In this document: piece by piece, positions 1-14,343 of the stretch
How positions within the stretch are numbered: position 1 is the stretch's first letter
How the letters are laid out: each line of letters begins with the position of its first letter
Assembly: GCA_012295275.1 (NCBI GenBank)
Contig: CM022665.1
Location: 16,554,001 to 16,618,000, forward strand
Length of the DNA: 64,000 nucleotides
Source of the DNA: Chrysomallon squamiferum
Taxonomy: Eukaryota > Animalia > Mollusca
Direction of reading: 5' to 3'
Made by a program: the position numbers and the translations under genes
The notes under the pieces: generated by a model
Told to the model about the DNA's origin: nothing
Database searches by the model: none
Seen by the model: the letters and a program-made list of their open reading frames with translations, nothing else

Positions 1-417
1 ACAGAAACTTAAAATGTCTTGCACCGTATGGATGAGATACATTGATTTTTCACATTTAAAAAATATATCAGACCCTTGCAGGATTTTGAATTGCATTTTA
101 CACCAATAATTTTTACTACTTGCAATAAATAACAGAAGAAGATTAGTTTCATTTTGAATGTTTTAAACAAATCTGACATTTTATTAGTATATTTCAAATC
201 ATAAAATTATTACTTTTTCAGCACCCTACCTTGACAGATATTCTGTACAATGTCCAAACATACATAATTTATGCTTGTTTCCTTTCCATTCTCTTAGTAT
301 TTATTTCAGTAATTAGAAAATGTTTTAAATTTGTTTACATTTAATTGTTTGCAGTTATTGTTTTTGTTTTGTTTTGTTTATTTATTTGTTACTTTCTTTC
401 TTTTTTATTTTCCACAG

Positions 418-3400
418 GTTGCCAGAGATTTGGGTCTGGAGGCAACCAAGACACTGAAGTTAGAAAGTAACAACCAGCTGGGCTATTTTTTCAGAGTCAC
501 AAGAAAAGTGAGTGATGTTTTTATTGTTGTTGTTAAGTATCACATCTTACAAAGAAATTTTTAAATATTCTATATGTCTAATTTGATTACGAAGATAAAC
601 AAATGTGAGTAAATGTTTGTAAAATCTATCATTTTCATATTATTTTCTTGCTTTTTAAATATCTACGTAATCTGATGGGTATGCAAGAAAAAGAGAAAAA
701 TAGAGGCTCCATGTTTTTTTATATGCTTGTTTTATTATTTATTAACAAAGATTGGCCTTCAGTGTTCTTAAATCAATGATTTATTTAGAAGTATTCTGAT
801 GTATTAAGCTATTTTTTTTCATGCCATTAACATTATATTTGACTAATATGACTTAACTTTTAAAAACTTTTTTTTTTTTAATTATGGATGGTTCCTTAGC
901 CAAACTGCATTTGTTTCATTTTTTTTTCAGTGACATTAAATTGTTAAAACATTCTGATATTTTGTATTTTATATTTTTTTTTTTTTTTTTTTTTAATTCA
1001 GGATGAGAAGACTTTGAGAAATAACAAGAATTATATAACAATTGACACAAAAAACAATGGAGTCCGGTTTCACAACAATGCAGTCAGACAGATGAATGTA
1101 GAGTTTTTGCAGGCCAAAGAGGATTACAATGAACAACAGAAAAGTGTTGTAGCAGAGATCATCTCCATTGCAGGTATTACAGACTGATGTTGCTGTAGTT
1201 GTAGCAGTAATGATAGTAACTAGAACTGTACCTTTACTAAAGAAAGCAAACAAAAATAACAAACATTCTATAATGGACTTAAATGTGTAATAATTTATAT
1301 AAATAAATAAATTACATTTAATCTTTTTAATATTGTGTTGAGTATGGCAAATGTTTTAACAATTAGACATAGATGATACATAGATCATACTTAACCATTG
1401 AAAATGTTATATATCAGAATAAAGTAATCAAGAGGTTTATATTTGTTCAGCAGATATAACGGATATCTTTTTTTTAGCAATCAGTGACAATTAGGTAGTC
1501 TACATGACTATGTACCATGTGACTAGAGGTTTATTTATAGCATATAAGAAAGCAATGGCTGCACTCAGCATTTATAAAATTACATTTAATAACTGAGCAA
1601 AGTTTTATCCCATTGGTTGATACATTTGTACATTTATTATTGTTGTTTTTTATTATTATTATTATTATTTTATTTTATTTTATTTTATTTTTCTCCCTAT
1701 TTATTACTATTGCTATTATTATTATTATTTTTTATATTTTTTTTCATATTTATTTTTATTTTTTATTTTTTTAAATATTATTTTGTTCTTAAAGTACCTG
1801 TGTAACATTCTGCTATTGCATTTTTCTTTCTCAGCTGGCTATGTGGAGCCCATGTTACTTATCAACGACATCATCGCCAAACTTGATGTTCTGGTCAGTT
1901 TTGCTCACGTATCATCAAGTGCACCACAGCCTTTTGTCAGACCTAAACTTCTAGAAATGGGTTTGTTTTATTTCTTGTTATGGTGTATCTATGATGATTA
2001 AAATTCTTTTAATTTGTTGTAGAGAGCAACATTTAATGTCAAAGTATAATAATAATAATGAGTCTTCAGAAATTCATGGAATCCACTGTTTTCTTATCTT
2101 GTGAAATCTCTTAATAATAAAGTATAACAGTATAATAACAAGTCTGGAGAGATCTGAGGAAGCTGCCATTTTCTTTATGTATTTCCTAAACTATCTGTTT
2201 ACAGAAAACCTAAAAAAAAAAAAAGGTACGACCCCCTAACCTAAAAGAAAAGATAATTAAAAAATAATTGGTAGTTGTGATAATTTTGTCAATTTGTTTA
2301 TTATGATTATGTTTCAATTTAATAATATCAAAACTATTATATTTAATTATAAGTTATAATTTTGCCTGAGTACATTTCACAAATGTTTTAAATATCATCA
2401 CAGCAACAGTTTGACTTTTTGGTTTAAATTTTTATTTTTAGGGCGAGGCACTTTAGTTTTGAAAGAGGCTAGACATCCATGTTTGGAAATGCAGGATGAT
2501 GTTTCTTTCATTCCAAATTCTGTTGAGTTTGACAAGAATGATAAACTTTTTCACATCATTACAGGGCCCAATATGGGTGGCAAATCTACTTTTATTCGTT
2601 CTGTAAGTGTTTTTATCGTTTTAAAACTGGTATCTTTTTACAGATTCTTTTTTATTTATTTGTTTTCTTTGGATAATTTGTTTCAGTTTTAAGTAATGTT
2701 TAAAATGACAAACAAATGAGAGAGGAATATAAATGGCAGCCTGTACCTTTCAAGATTGAATTAATGTGGTATTCTATCATTTATATTATTAGCTTAAAAC
2801 CATTAAAAAAATATCCACATGAAATATTATTTTATATTTTTATAAATTATTTTTAGTTTGTTATATTCTGAGATGTACTGATCATAGTTACTTAGTTAAA
2901 TTTTTTTTTTTTTTTTTTTTTTTTATGTTCATATTCAAATATTAAATGTTTCAGATTGGAGTGGTGGTTTTGATGGCTCAGCTTGGATGTTTTGTTCCAT
3001 GTTCAGAAGCTGAAGTTACAATTGTGGACTGTATTCTGGCCAGAGTGGGGGCAGGGGACAGTCAGCTCAAGGGTGTGTCAACATTCATGGCAGAAATGCT
3101 GGAAACAGCCTCCATTTTGAGGGTACATAAATATTTTAGTTTCAGATTTATTTTTTGTTTCACAGTTATAAACTTTATTGGTAAATATAAATATATAGTT
3201 GTGTATTTGTATTGGAACTATATTTTGAAAATAAATATGTAGAATAAAATGACCACTAAAATATTATAATATGGTGTAACATTTTTTTTTTAAATACAAG
3301 AATGTATTCTTTCAGTCATTGGATTCATATAACTCAAAATTTAAGTGTCTTTGGGTGGGTTTTTTCTTTTTGTATTATGATGCCTATAATTTTTTTTTTT

Positions 3401-6284
3401 AAATGATTTTAGAATATATTTGTGTTATATAATCGTATTCTCTTAGTACCATATTATTATTGAGAAAATGATATTGATTTCTATTTATTTTTAAAATCTT
3501 AAATATCTAATTTACAGACAGCTACAGAAAATTCATTGATAATTATTGATGAATTAGGTAGAGGAACATCAACATATGACGGTTTTGGGCTTGCCTGGGC
3601 AATATCCGAGTAAGAATTTTTATTTTTAAATACTTAAAAGAGACAACATATGAAATACATCAAATTTTATGAAAATACAGACTCATATACATCTTATATA
3701 CACTTTCAAGTTTTTATTTTCTTAAACTTCAACTGCACTATTAATAAAGCATGATAATAACATGAGCTTTGAGTTATTTTGAGATAACTTGGCGTTATTT
3801 ATTTAGTTGTTAACAAAAGTTAAGGTTCATACCATCAAAACAGTAGCTTAGAAACACAGAATATTTGCAGATACCAAAGCATGCTTTTAAACGGTTACAT
3901 TAAAAACACATTTCAGAAAATGGCAAACAACATATCTGGCTTTTTCTCACATTTTTCAGTTGTTTTTATATCCCATGTTTAACAAAAGAGAATAACACAT
4001 TGTATAAGAACCCTTACAGCCAAATTATTTTATTATTATTTTTCTTATTCATTCAGTTGAAAAATTACTTCCAATAAGAATTCCATAATATATAGATTAA
4101 ATGCATAATCTTGTACCTTTGTTTTAATTCTTTTTATTGTTAAAATATCCTGTAATATTTTTTCATTAATTTTAATTTCAGATTTATTGCCACAAAAATA
4201 AAATCATTTTGCCTGTTTGCGACACATTTTCATGAGCTGACATCACTGGCTGATGTTGTGCCGTCTGTAAATAACTTACATGTCACAGCACTGACCACAA
4301 ACAACAGACTGACTCTGCTGTACAGAGTGAAACCAGGTGCATTTATATTTATGTTTCTTTTTCTTTTCTGAGTGAACAAATATTTAATAAAATAATATTA
4401 ACAATTATTACAAGATTCTAGATATAGAGCAGACTATATAATGATAATGTGAGATTAACAGCTGTTAAATATTAAGTACTTTCTAGTAAACAGGGAAAGA
4501 AATTCTCTGGTACAAAAAAAAAAAAAAATGAAAAATAAAAATGACCCCATGGAAGCAATGAGAAGATTTGCTCTTCACACTTTCGATCTTTAGGTGAATT
4601 CTCTAATAAAAAGGCTGCTGCTTATTACTTTGTTTTGTAACACTGCTGATCCTAAACAATACATTTAGATTATAACTATGTTTTCATTAACTCCAAATTT
4701 GTGATAAAAGTAGATGTAATGAAATCTGCTAATAGAAAACTGGAAATTTATAATGTATTTTGGTAACTTTTATATTTATTTAAATTAAATTACACAGATA
4801 ACAATGAGAATGTTTTTTATTATTTTTTTTTTTTTCAGGAGTATGTGATCAAAGTTTTGGAATTCATGTGGCTGAACTGGCTCATTTTCCAAAACATGTC
4901 ATTGAGGTAATCAAACATTTTCATAAAAACATGTATGTTATTTTTTTAAACTTAAAAAATAGAGATTTGTGACTACATTGAATATAATTATAATTACTTA
5001 GTGTATAAAATATATATTTACTTTCTGTTTGTAATGGATACAACCGTCATAGTGAAGTACTCAATTTGTATTTAAATTATTTTTTCTCTAAACTTTAGAA
5101 ACCTTTTAAAATGCTTTACTTTTAAAAAATGTTATGTAAATTATCAGTTTGCAAAGGAGAAAGCTAGAGAGCTGGAGGACTACCAGTCTCTGAGTTTGGC
5201 AGGATCTGATCTAGAAGGTGAAGGAGAACCAGCTGTTAAAAAACGCAAACTTGTTAAAGAGGTAAATAGAATTAATACACATTAATGTTATTTTAAATTT
5301 CCATGATTTGATAAGACTTTTTAAAGATTTAAAAAAAAAAAAATTAAAAAAGAACTTGTTAAAAAGGTAAGTAGCAGTAATACATGTAACATTTTTTATT
5401 TTATTTAAAATTTTCATATTTAATAAACAAAATAGTTTTCTTTCAGTTAGTCTTTTGTTTTACATTTTGGTGATGTAAAAAGATTTTTAATGATTGGTTG
5501 TTTTTTTAAAGAAATTGTTTAGCAGTTGAATAGCACTAAGTCTTAACGTTCCCTATTTAATAAACAAGATATATATTTTTTTCCAGTTAATGTTTCATTT
5601 TAGATTTTAATGAATTAAAAAAAACATTGTTGATCTAAAATATAATAATAATAAAAAAAAATAAAAAATAACAATGCAGAACAAAGAATGGTTTATCACT
5701 GGTCACTTATTTTGTATCACTATGATTTTTGTTTAACAATAAGAAAGAAAATTATTGTTCCACAAATAATTGTTAATTTTATCAGTCACACAATGATAGC
5801 ATTTATAAATTGCCTTTGGGCAATACAGCTCTGCAAAATAAGTGGATTTATCTGGGACATAAATTGTGTGAGTGGGTGATTTAGTGAGTGTGAAATGAAA
5901 AAACTTCCATGAAGGTTCAGTATGGAAGCTGTATGTCATCAGTTATGAGAATTTATTTTGATGGGGCAGGAATTTTAGCTAAGCTAATTGTTTTTTTAGA
6001 AGGTCAATTTAAAAAATCATTAGAAATCCTGTTTTAAACTGGTGAGACTTCATGCTTTTTTGTATTATTTTTATCTTTCATTTTCTTTTTCTTTTTTTCA
6101 GGAAGGTGAAAAAATCATTCAAGATTTTCTAAACAAAATCAAGTCTATTCCCATAGCCACCATGAAGGAATCAGAGATTCTTGCTGAAGTTGAGAAATTA
6201 AAATCTGAAGTGGAAGAGAAGAACAATCCCTATGTGATGGATATTTTAGCTAGAAAATCAAAAACATTTTCAACTGATGATTGA
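418..6284 (+). CDS. MSH2: DNA mismatch repair protein MSH2, 3' portion (5' exons lie upstream of the window)
   Basis: Ten GT-AG exons join in frame: 418-507, 1002-1173, 1835-1960, 2442-2602, 2955-3122, 3518-3609, 4182-4336, 4839-4906, 5148-5261, 6102-6284. They encode MutS ATPase motifs: RHPCLE, Walker [43 protein letters not shown], Walker [31 protein letters not shown] and [15 protein letters not shown]. These closely match eukaryotic MSH2. Confidence 0.96.
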
Positions 6285-9200
6285 TCTGGTATTAATATTT
6301 TGTGCTATTCAAGGAATGGAAAAATCCATTCCACAGAGAAATATAAAAAAAGCAAAAGCTGAAGAACTGGATAAACAGAAGAGTAAACAATGTTATTTTA
6401 ATAACTTGTAGGCCTCTTATGTTTGTCTTTTGTGTGCTACTTACGCTTAGCATTCTATGCCATGGCTGTTATACTTTGCCAGGACAGATAGACAAACTGA
6501 CATTTTTATAAAAATTACTTAGTTGTTTAAGTAATATTAATTATTATCAATGATATTCTTTGATAAGTAAATTACTTAATAAATAATAAAAAGCTAATAA
6601 GGTGCACAAAGGCCAGCATTTTCACTTGTTTTGTAACAAAATTCATAAAGGGAAATGTGAAAGACCTGTTACTGACTTATCATTAAAATTATTTTATATA
6701 ATTACTTAAGTTCAGAGATCATTATCTCACTTCATTGGTATTCATGCATCTTTGGCTCTTATTGAATTTTTTCTTTTTTTTCTTGTCTTTTCATCAAACC
6801 ATTAAAACAAGTTTAGCATGCTTTTAAAATTTCGGTTTTCACTCATTCTTGGGTTTTTATTAGAATAAAGCCATTTTAAAAAGTTATTTTTAATAAAATG
6901 ACTGCATACTGTAACCGTAATTTTGGAAACTTTTTCTTTTTTTGCTCTTGAACATTACTGTTTAAACTGCCAAATAGTTCATCTAAAGATGAATCTAGTT
7001 TCATTAAACCTTCGGGGTGAGTGACATTAAAGCAGTTTAAGAAGGACTGCTCTCAGACACCTAACAATTTAATCAATATTATTTGTTTTTGTTGTTTTGT
7101 TTCCATTGATAACAACATAAGATTGTTAAGTGGACACACAGGCAGTCAAAGGTTAAAGGTTTGAGCTACCTGATACTTTGTTTTCCCTCAATGTTTCACT
7201 TTTTACCCAAAGAACAGGATATTTGCCAGTAGTAGGTATATAAAATTTACCCCAATAGCTACAAAAAAAAAAGGGGGGGGACTTAATCATGATAAAATAT
7301 ACTTTGTACAAGTAACATTTAACACTACAGCAAAGATGATAGTTTTTTCAAGGAAACCAAAACAAAAGAAATATTGGTAATATTTTATTTTTCAAAATCA
7401 GTAAAATAAACTTTCAAAAATGCAGCAAGGTAAGTTTCATTTTCATGCATGTTAAATACCAACACAACAAACCTTTTCAATCGTACAGAGAACCCACACC
7501 ATATTAAGTATATCTCAAAGTGCACCCAGGGTGATTTAAACAGCTGTACAGCTCACAAATATTTACTTACACTATGTACCATGAGGAACCAGTTTTTCTT
7601 CTTCTTGTAATACTTATTTTTTAAATAAAAATGTTGATTATAATCACACTGATCTAAACACGATTGTCTATCTCTTATTTATGAAACGTACTGCATGTAA
7701 ATCAGCTGGATGAAAATGTTAAAACGACAGCAACCTTGAACTTGCTGATTATTTTATTACATTCCATTATTTTGCTTATTGATCATCACAGGTACACTCC
7801 AAGATATTTTAATTACTACAAACAAAGTCAATGTCAAATGCCATCACTATGTTCAGAAAAAAGAAGGCAGTCACTATTTTGGCTATAAAACTAATGATTT
7901 TAAAAAACTTTTAACAGAAAATTCTTAATATACTGTTTTGTTTTATTAAAAAAATTGTTACCCCTTCATTAAAAAGGATGGTTTATCAGAATAAAAGAAT
8001 GTTGAAACAAATTATAAATTGTTTTAACACTTACTAGGAATTGAAACAATGTGGTTTTATATATATATATATATATATATAAATTCTAACATGATATGTT
8101 AACGGAGAAAGTTTGTTTAATTCATCTAAGTTCTATATACTGTAAAGTATGTGATTTGATAAACAGAATTTAAAGGCCTGGAATGATGTATATCCCACAA
8201 GCAAATAGCCTGGATGTTAACAAAGTCTGTTCGTCATTTTAGCAAGTCTAATTTTATTTTATTTCTGTAGAACATTTGGTTAACTAATAAAATATTGTAT
8301 AATCCTGTTTTCTATATTTAATAACATTAGCAGAAATAAAAGTACCTTAAAGGAGAAAATGAAAAATGTTTTAAAAGCTCTTTAATGAAGGGATCACTGT
8401 ATATTGTGCAGAGTAAAAGATATTCTCAATTTAAATGAATTTCATTTAAACTGAATTAAACAAATATTTTAGAAATTTATAAATAAATACACCAAGCTTT
8501 ATGTAACAAAAAAAATGCATGGCCGACAATGAAATGTGTTTAATACAACCAGCAACATTTTCTCTCAGACAACTGTTTGCATCAATCACTTTATATCAAC
8601 CAGCAGACAAGTTCCTTCTAGTGTAAAATGTAACAGTATTTAAATAAATGTCTTAAAATTATATTGCACAATAGACGTATATATGTATAAATTAATATAT
8701 ATACATCTGACTGAAAACAGTAACATTTAAATTAATGCATGGTGTATTATGAAACATCAATGTAAACAATTATGTGCAGGAATATACAAAAACATGACCA
8801 GTTTCAACATCTGATACTCGAGTCACTAAATAACATCAAAAGAATAAAACAAAAGTAAGAAGAGTTGACAGACTGCAGAATCCACTTTACATATTCGACA
8901 TTTAAAAAGACAGAAACAAAGATCTTAAATTGATTTGCAATGATGTTACATTTTTTAACTATAATTTGAAAAAAAAAAATTAAAAAAATTAAAATAACTT
9001 TAATAAGCCAGAAAACATACTGGCCTTTTAAATAAATAAAATCACTTGACAGTATATTTCATATTTAGTGTAGTATCAGTATTGTTTACTGTCAAATTAT
9101 GATAGTGATCAATATTTCAAATGAATAACAAGTAACATCTGATTAAGCATAACATATGACTAATTAAACCAGCAGGTTTTTTGGAAAACTGATCTATTTT

Positions 9201-10128
9201 TTTCAACAATCACAAAATATTTTGCCATGTACCATTTTATATAGTAACTAATATAGTTTACAGAAGTGGCACGTTGACATTTCATGCAGTGTTCATTATA
9301 ATGAACCTGGAGTTTAATTTCCCTCAAAGAACAGTACTTGAGGTGAACTGCTTAATTTCAAGATTCAAAAGAAATTCAATTATATGACCAACCACATGAA
9401 AATATGAGAAACGTTTTTAAAAGTGCATCTCCAATAAACAGTAATAATAACATTTTGCAAATTTCAAGTTACCAACGTTTGCTGTTCATGCAATTTCAAC
9501 GAAAGAAAAGAACAGTTTAGATGTTCTCTGCCTTTCTTTTCTCAGGATGGTCGTAAGTGAACAGTACAATTCTATGATTTCTGTGAAAGAACAATGGGTG
9601 AAAACACTTAAAACGGGTTTATAAATCTTTCAAATACAACAAAAATCACTATATTCCTTCACAATTGCAGTACAGTCATTCAAAACAAAATGTAAATAAC
9701 AGTTTAGCAAATGATTCGGGTAAAAACTAAATTTTTAAAAATTCAAGATGTCATATACAATTTCTAATTTTATTGAGATAATTATTTTAATTATCTGAAA
9801 ATCCTTTAATTTTGTATGTGTTTTTTTTTGTTTTTTTTGTTTCTCTTCAGTTTAAATAAAAAAAGAAAGAAAAATAATGTTCTATTTTAACCAAACTACA
9901 AGTACCCTTTATATGTTGTGCCAATCTATAATGCCTAAACATGGCCACGATATTTTTTAGCTTGCTAAACCATTTATACATTTGCATTAAATCAGTAAAC
10001 TATCCCAACCACAGCATTCAAGATTTTATTATTTATAAATGAATAATATAAAAAGCAATGAATTCATGCATTTTTAAACAAAATGTCCTAACAACAAGGA
10101 TTTAAACTGAGTTGGAAAGTCAGAAATA

Positions 10129-11321
10129 TTAATTGAGTTTTTTCACCCCACGAGGTCGCCATGCTCTGAGCAAAACAAATGAAAAATATAAAGCAAAGAG
10201 ATGAATCTGAACAGCAACAGCCAGAAAAAGTGACCACACCACAACTGCAGGATAACCAAACAAGACGTAAGTGAACTTTCTTTCGTAAATATAATCCTTT
10301 AAGTGGTCACGTAAATCATAGAAGCCCCAGAGGACAGGAAGAATTCCAAAAACGAGTGATCCAAGCATGAACTGTTTCAGTAAAAAAGAGTTATTCTGTG
10401 GGGTTGATTTCCAGCCAATGACTGCTACTATAAACGTAACAAACCAGCCATATTCCCAGAGGCGAGGGGCAGGCAAATCCCAACGACGTAGAGTCTGCAC
10501 TGAAAATCCCAGCAGTGCAGTCAGACCAGGAAGCAAGCGCACAAACATCATAATGATGAGAAAAAAATGCAGAACAATATCAAAACGTAGTCTGTATTTG
10601 TTTTCTGAACTGAAAGAAATGAAATGGAAACCTGTTAATAAAATGGTGATTTAATTAAAATAGATTAACTGCAGTTCTGCAAATATTAACAATTATGTAA
10701 AATAAGTATAATCTTAATATATGATCTTCAGCAGTTCATACATTTTTTTTATTAAAAATCATCATAATATCTTAACAAATTACAAGGATTGTCAAAGAGT
10801 ATGTATAATGCAAACTGCATTGCTTTTAAAGCACTCTAATTTAAAATTCTAAAGCTTGTTTATAGAAATATATTTTCAGTTATGCTATATTTATTCTGTT
10901 AATACTTTGTTAGCAAAATCTGGATATATATTTCTTATGAAAGCAATAATAAAGCATAATTACAACCGGAGTTGTGATTTATAAAGAATACTAATTTTGA
11001 AACTATTCGTACTGATAACTGATGGAATATTATCATTATATGGTGCATATTTTCTATGCTCTAAGTAATACTTCATTAGACACTATATTAGACGATATAC
11101 GCATTAATGAGATCGAAGAGTCTTAACGAAACAAAAATATACAAAGCAAAACCACTAAATATGTTATGAGAAATATGACGAATAAAAATGCCGAATCGGC
11201 GAATAGTTTAAATCGCCTAACTAATCATTTACCTGACTTTGTATTGCCATGCGATGCTTTCTCTGTGCCAATGATCACTGCCATCTGATCCAGTGGGTCT
11301 GCTTCCAAACTTAGAAGCCAT
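10129..11321 (-). CDS. JAGN1: Protein jagunal homolog, ER membrane protein, 189 aa
   Basis: Exon 1 11321-11233 encodes MASKFGSRPTGSDGSDHWHRESIAWQYKVS, the conserved jagunal N-terminus (GxDGSDxxHRE). Exon 2 is 10609-10129, joined by a phase-2 GT-AG intron. There are four hydrophobic segments and a C-terminal KKxx ER-retrieval motif (GVKKLN). Confidence 0.92.
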
Positions 11322-11953
11322 ATCTTACAGAATTAAAGACTAATTAAGCTACCAATGACGTTACAAGCTTGAGCATTACCAAATGTGAACAGATTTCTGT
11401 AAGATAGCCGTAGGCCACGATACCTGCAAAAAGTATTTCCGGTTATCTGCTTCTAATTAACTGTGTTTCAAATATAGTTTTCGGAGTTAACATGGAATAC
11501 AAACATTTATTAATGAATGTAACTGATTATATTTAGTTTCACATGATGCTGTTTTAATTAATAAAAGGGGAACAAATTAATAGGGTATGATAACGACGTA
11601 AGCGACGAGGTAGCCTGATTTATATATATTTAGAATTTAAATAATGAAGTGAAAGCTGATTTTGTATTTTATATAAAATAAATTATTATGTTTTACTAAG
11701 AATAAAGGCTGGAAATATGTAGATTATGCACCATGGATAGACTCCTAATATATATTGTTATCTCAAACAACCTTGTCATATCATTTCTTTCATCTCTTGT
11801 AGGAAGCTTGGCAAAAGTACTCAGTTGTGTAGGATAATTTCTCATTAATTTGTTCATCCACTTAGTGTGCATACCGTTGCAGCTACTGCCCACAAGTACT
11901 CCGATCAATAAATAAATAAATAAATAAATACATAACAAAAATAAATGAGGAGA

Positions 11954-12035
<82 letters not shown>

Positions 12036-12271
12036 TCAAGCTATTTAATGCTAACTTTGGTTTCGGTTTTGAACAGATTGTATTCATCAATCTATTCATG
12101 TGACTGACTGTCAGTAGCCGTTACTTACTTATTGTTAATTAAAAATCGATTTGGGATAAATGATTCCTAATTTCATTTCTCTGCCAAATTATATTTTTAT
12201 ACAAACTTCCACCTTGTACGGACTTGACAACGTTGAATGGCGGTTTGTTTAGGTCTTATAAAATAATCTAG
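11322..12271. promoter_or_regulatory. Probable bidirectional promoter between JAGN1 and IRAK1BP1
   Basis: Head-to-head start codons 950 bp apart, local CpG retention, an ETS-like TTCCGG near 11437 and a (CT)n tract at about 11956-12031. Confidence 0.55.
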
Positions 12272-12747
12272 ATGGCTTCATATCGAGCAACTCAAGTATA
12301 TACAGAACTTAAAAACAGACGATCTGTCACTCCAAGAAAAATAGAATGTGACAATGAAAGAGGTCTGTGTGACACTGTTTCTCCTACGGACAGGGATATT
12401 TGCGTAACGGCGATCGGTGAAGTTTCTCTACCCCCAGATCGCTATCGAATAATAATCAAAGTTACTAGCAAAAAACAGAATCCACAAGATGCCAAGAACA
12501 GTGTATCAAGACGTAAAGATTATATTGTTCAAACACTTAACAATCATTCAGTTAAGGTGTGTTACATGTTCGTTATGCATGTTGTTGGGTTTATTTTTTG
12601 TTTTTGTTTTTGTAACGGGAATATCAATATCTGAATATGTTACTTGATTTTTATCTTGTAATTTGTGTGCGTTGTTTGTGTGTGTGTTTGAATGGCAAAG
12701 ATCTATTTTGACTTTTGATGGAAGTCCAGCAAACACACACATACACA

Positions 12748-12803
<56 letters not shown>

Positions 12804-13955
12804 GTCTCACAAGCTGTTTGTGTTAATTTTCAGGAACAAGATATCCAGATATTCAAACACATGTCAAGGGTTGATTCATTATATCAGATGTCTGTTGAGC
12901 TGAGGGTGCTGTTTGCTGATCTCCATGTTTGTCAGACAGTTAGTAATTTATTAGTGGAAAAACTGGATGAAACAGTCACTGTATCAGTACCTGAAATGTT
13001 TCATGCACCCAGCAGCCTAGAGACACTAAGGTATGTTACAACACTACATATGTTCATCTATGAGAGTATAGTGTTAGATGTATGGAAAATTATTTTAATA
13101 AAAAAAAAAAAAAAAAAATGAATATGTATATTAAGTGTGTGTATTAATACATGTGTGTATATAAGGTTTTACCATTAGATGTACAGGTTTTTTTATTTCA
13201 TATGTACCACAGTTATGTTTCTGATTGTTAAGCATGTGCCTCTGAGTTTTACTATTACATTTAATGTTAATTTGTTGTTTTATAATTATAGTGTAAATTC
13301 CTTTAAGCACAAGGTTTGTATCTATATGTCTGTGTTTATGCATGTGCATAGTGTGTATGTTTGTATGTATGTATGAAATGTTATTAACTATATATTATGT
13401 GCATGAATATGTTGCTTTGTGCATATGTAAATATTGCTTTTTTATGTGTGGAATATATTGTTCAGTGTCTGACTGTTTTACTTTGTATACCCAATGAAGT
13501 ATTGTTAATTTTATTTGTGTATTTGATGATGGTATTTGTGTTTAGGGTTTATTATTAGATATTAACATATGAACAAACTCTTACATGTTTTATAAATGAT
13601 GCATCATTTACTATATTTTATTTATTTATTTATTTTATTATTATTTTTGTATTCTAGTGTATTAATATTAATATTCAAAAAATTTATGTATTTCAGAAAA
13701 CAAGCTAGTTTGGTGGCAATATACAATGCCAAGCAAAAAGCTCAGGAAATGGCAAGGTTTGTTCACATGGCTGTAGGACGACCTATCTATATTGAGGAGC
13801 AGGAAACAAGAGAATGGGATGGCAACCAGGAAAACACAGACCCTGAAAAAATGTCTTCTTTTCAGCAGCAGATTGCAGATTCCACAATTTCAATTAGCAG
13901 TCGAATTAAAGCAGCCTTTGAACTTAAACCAAAAGCCAAAAAAGTACTGAAATAG
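12272..13955 (+). CDS. IRAK1BP1: Interleukin-1 receptor-associated kinase 1-binding protein 1 (SIMPL domain), about 246 aa
   Basis: Exons 12272-12556, 12834-13030 and 13697-13955 join in frame at GT-AG junctions. SIMPL-like motifs: ICVTAIGEVSLPPDR, KNSVSRRKDYIVQTL, VSNLLVEKLD and AIYNAKQKAQEMARFVHMAVGRPIYIEE. Confidence 0.85.
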
Positions 13956-14312
13956 TGAGAAATTATTTCAGTCAGAAATGCACTGTGATAATTCAGGGCC
14001 CCAATATATCAAGTTAAAACATATTTTAAAAACCTAGCCACAAGTCAAGAAAGTAATTAAACAATAGCAGATATGTTCTTTTTATTATTATTATTATTAT
14101 ATGGAACTATAATAATTATATTAAAAAAAAAAAAAAAAAAGTAATAATAAATTAAGTTTTATTAATAGTTCAGAAACAGATATACTTTTGTTATTACTTT
14201 GTAATTCTGTTACCTGGTATAAGGCAACACCTGGTTTTCAGGATAATTTACACCATCAGTATTTAAATTAAAACAGCTTTTGAACATACAAGTATTTAAA
14301 TAGTAGAGGACA

Positions 14313-14343
<31 letters not shown>

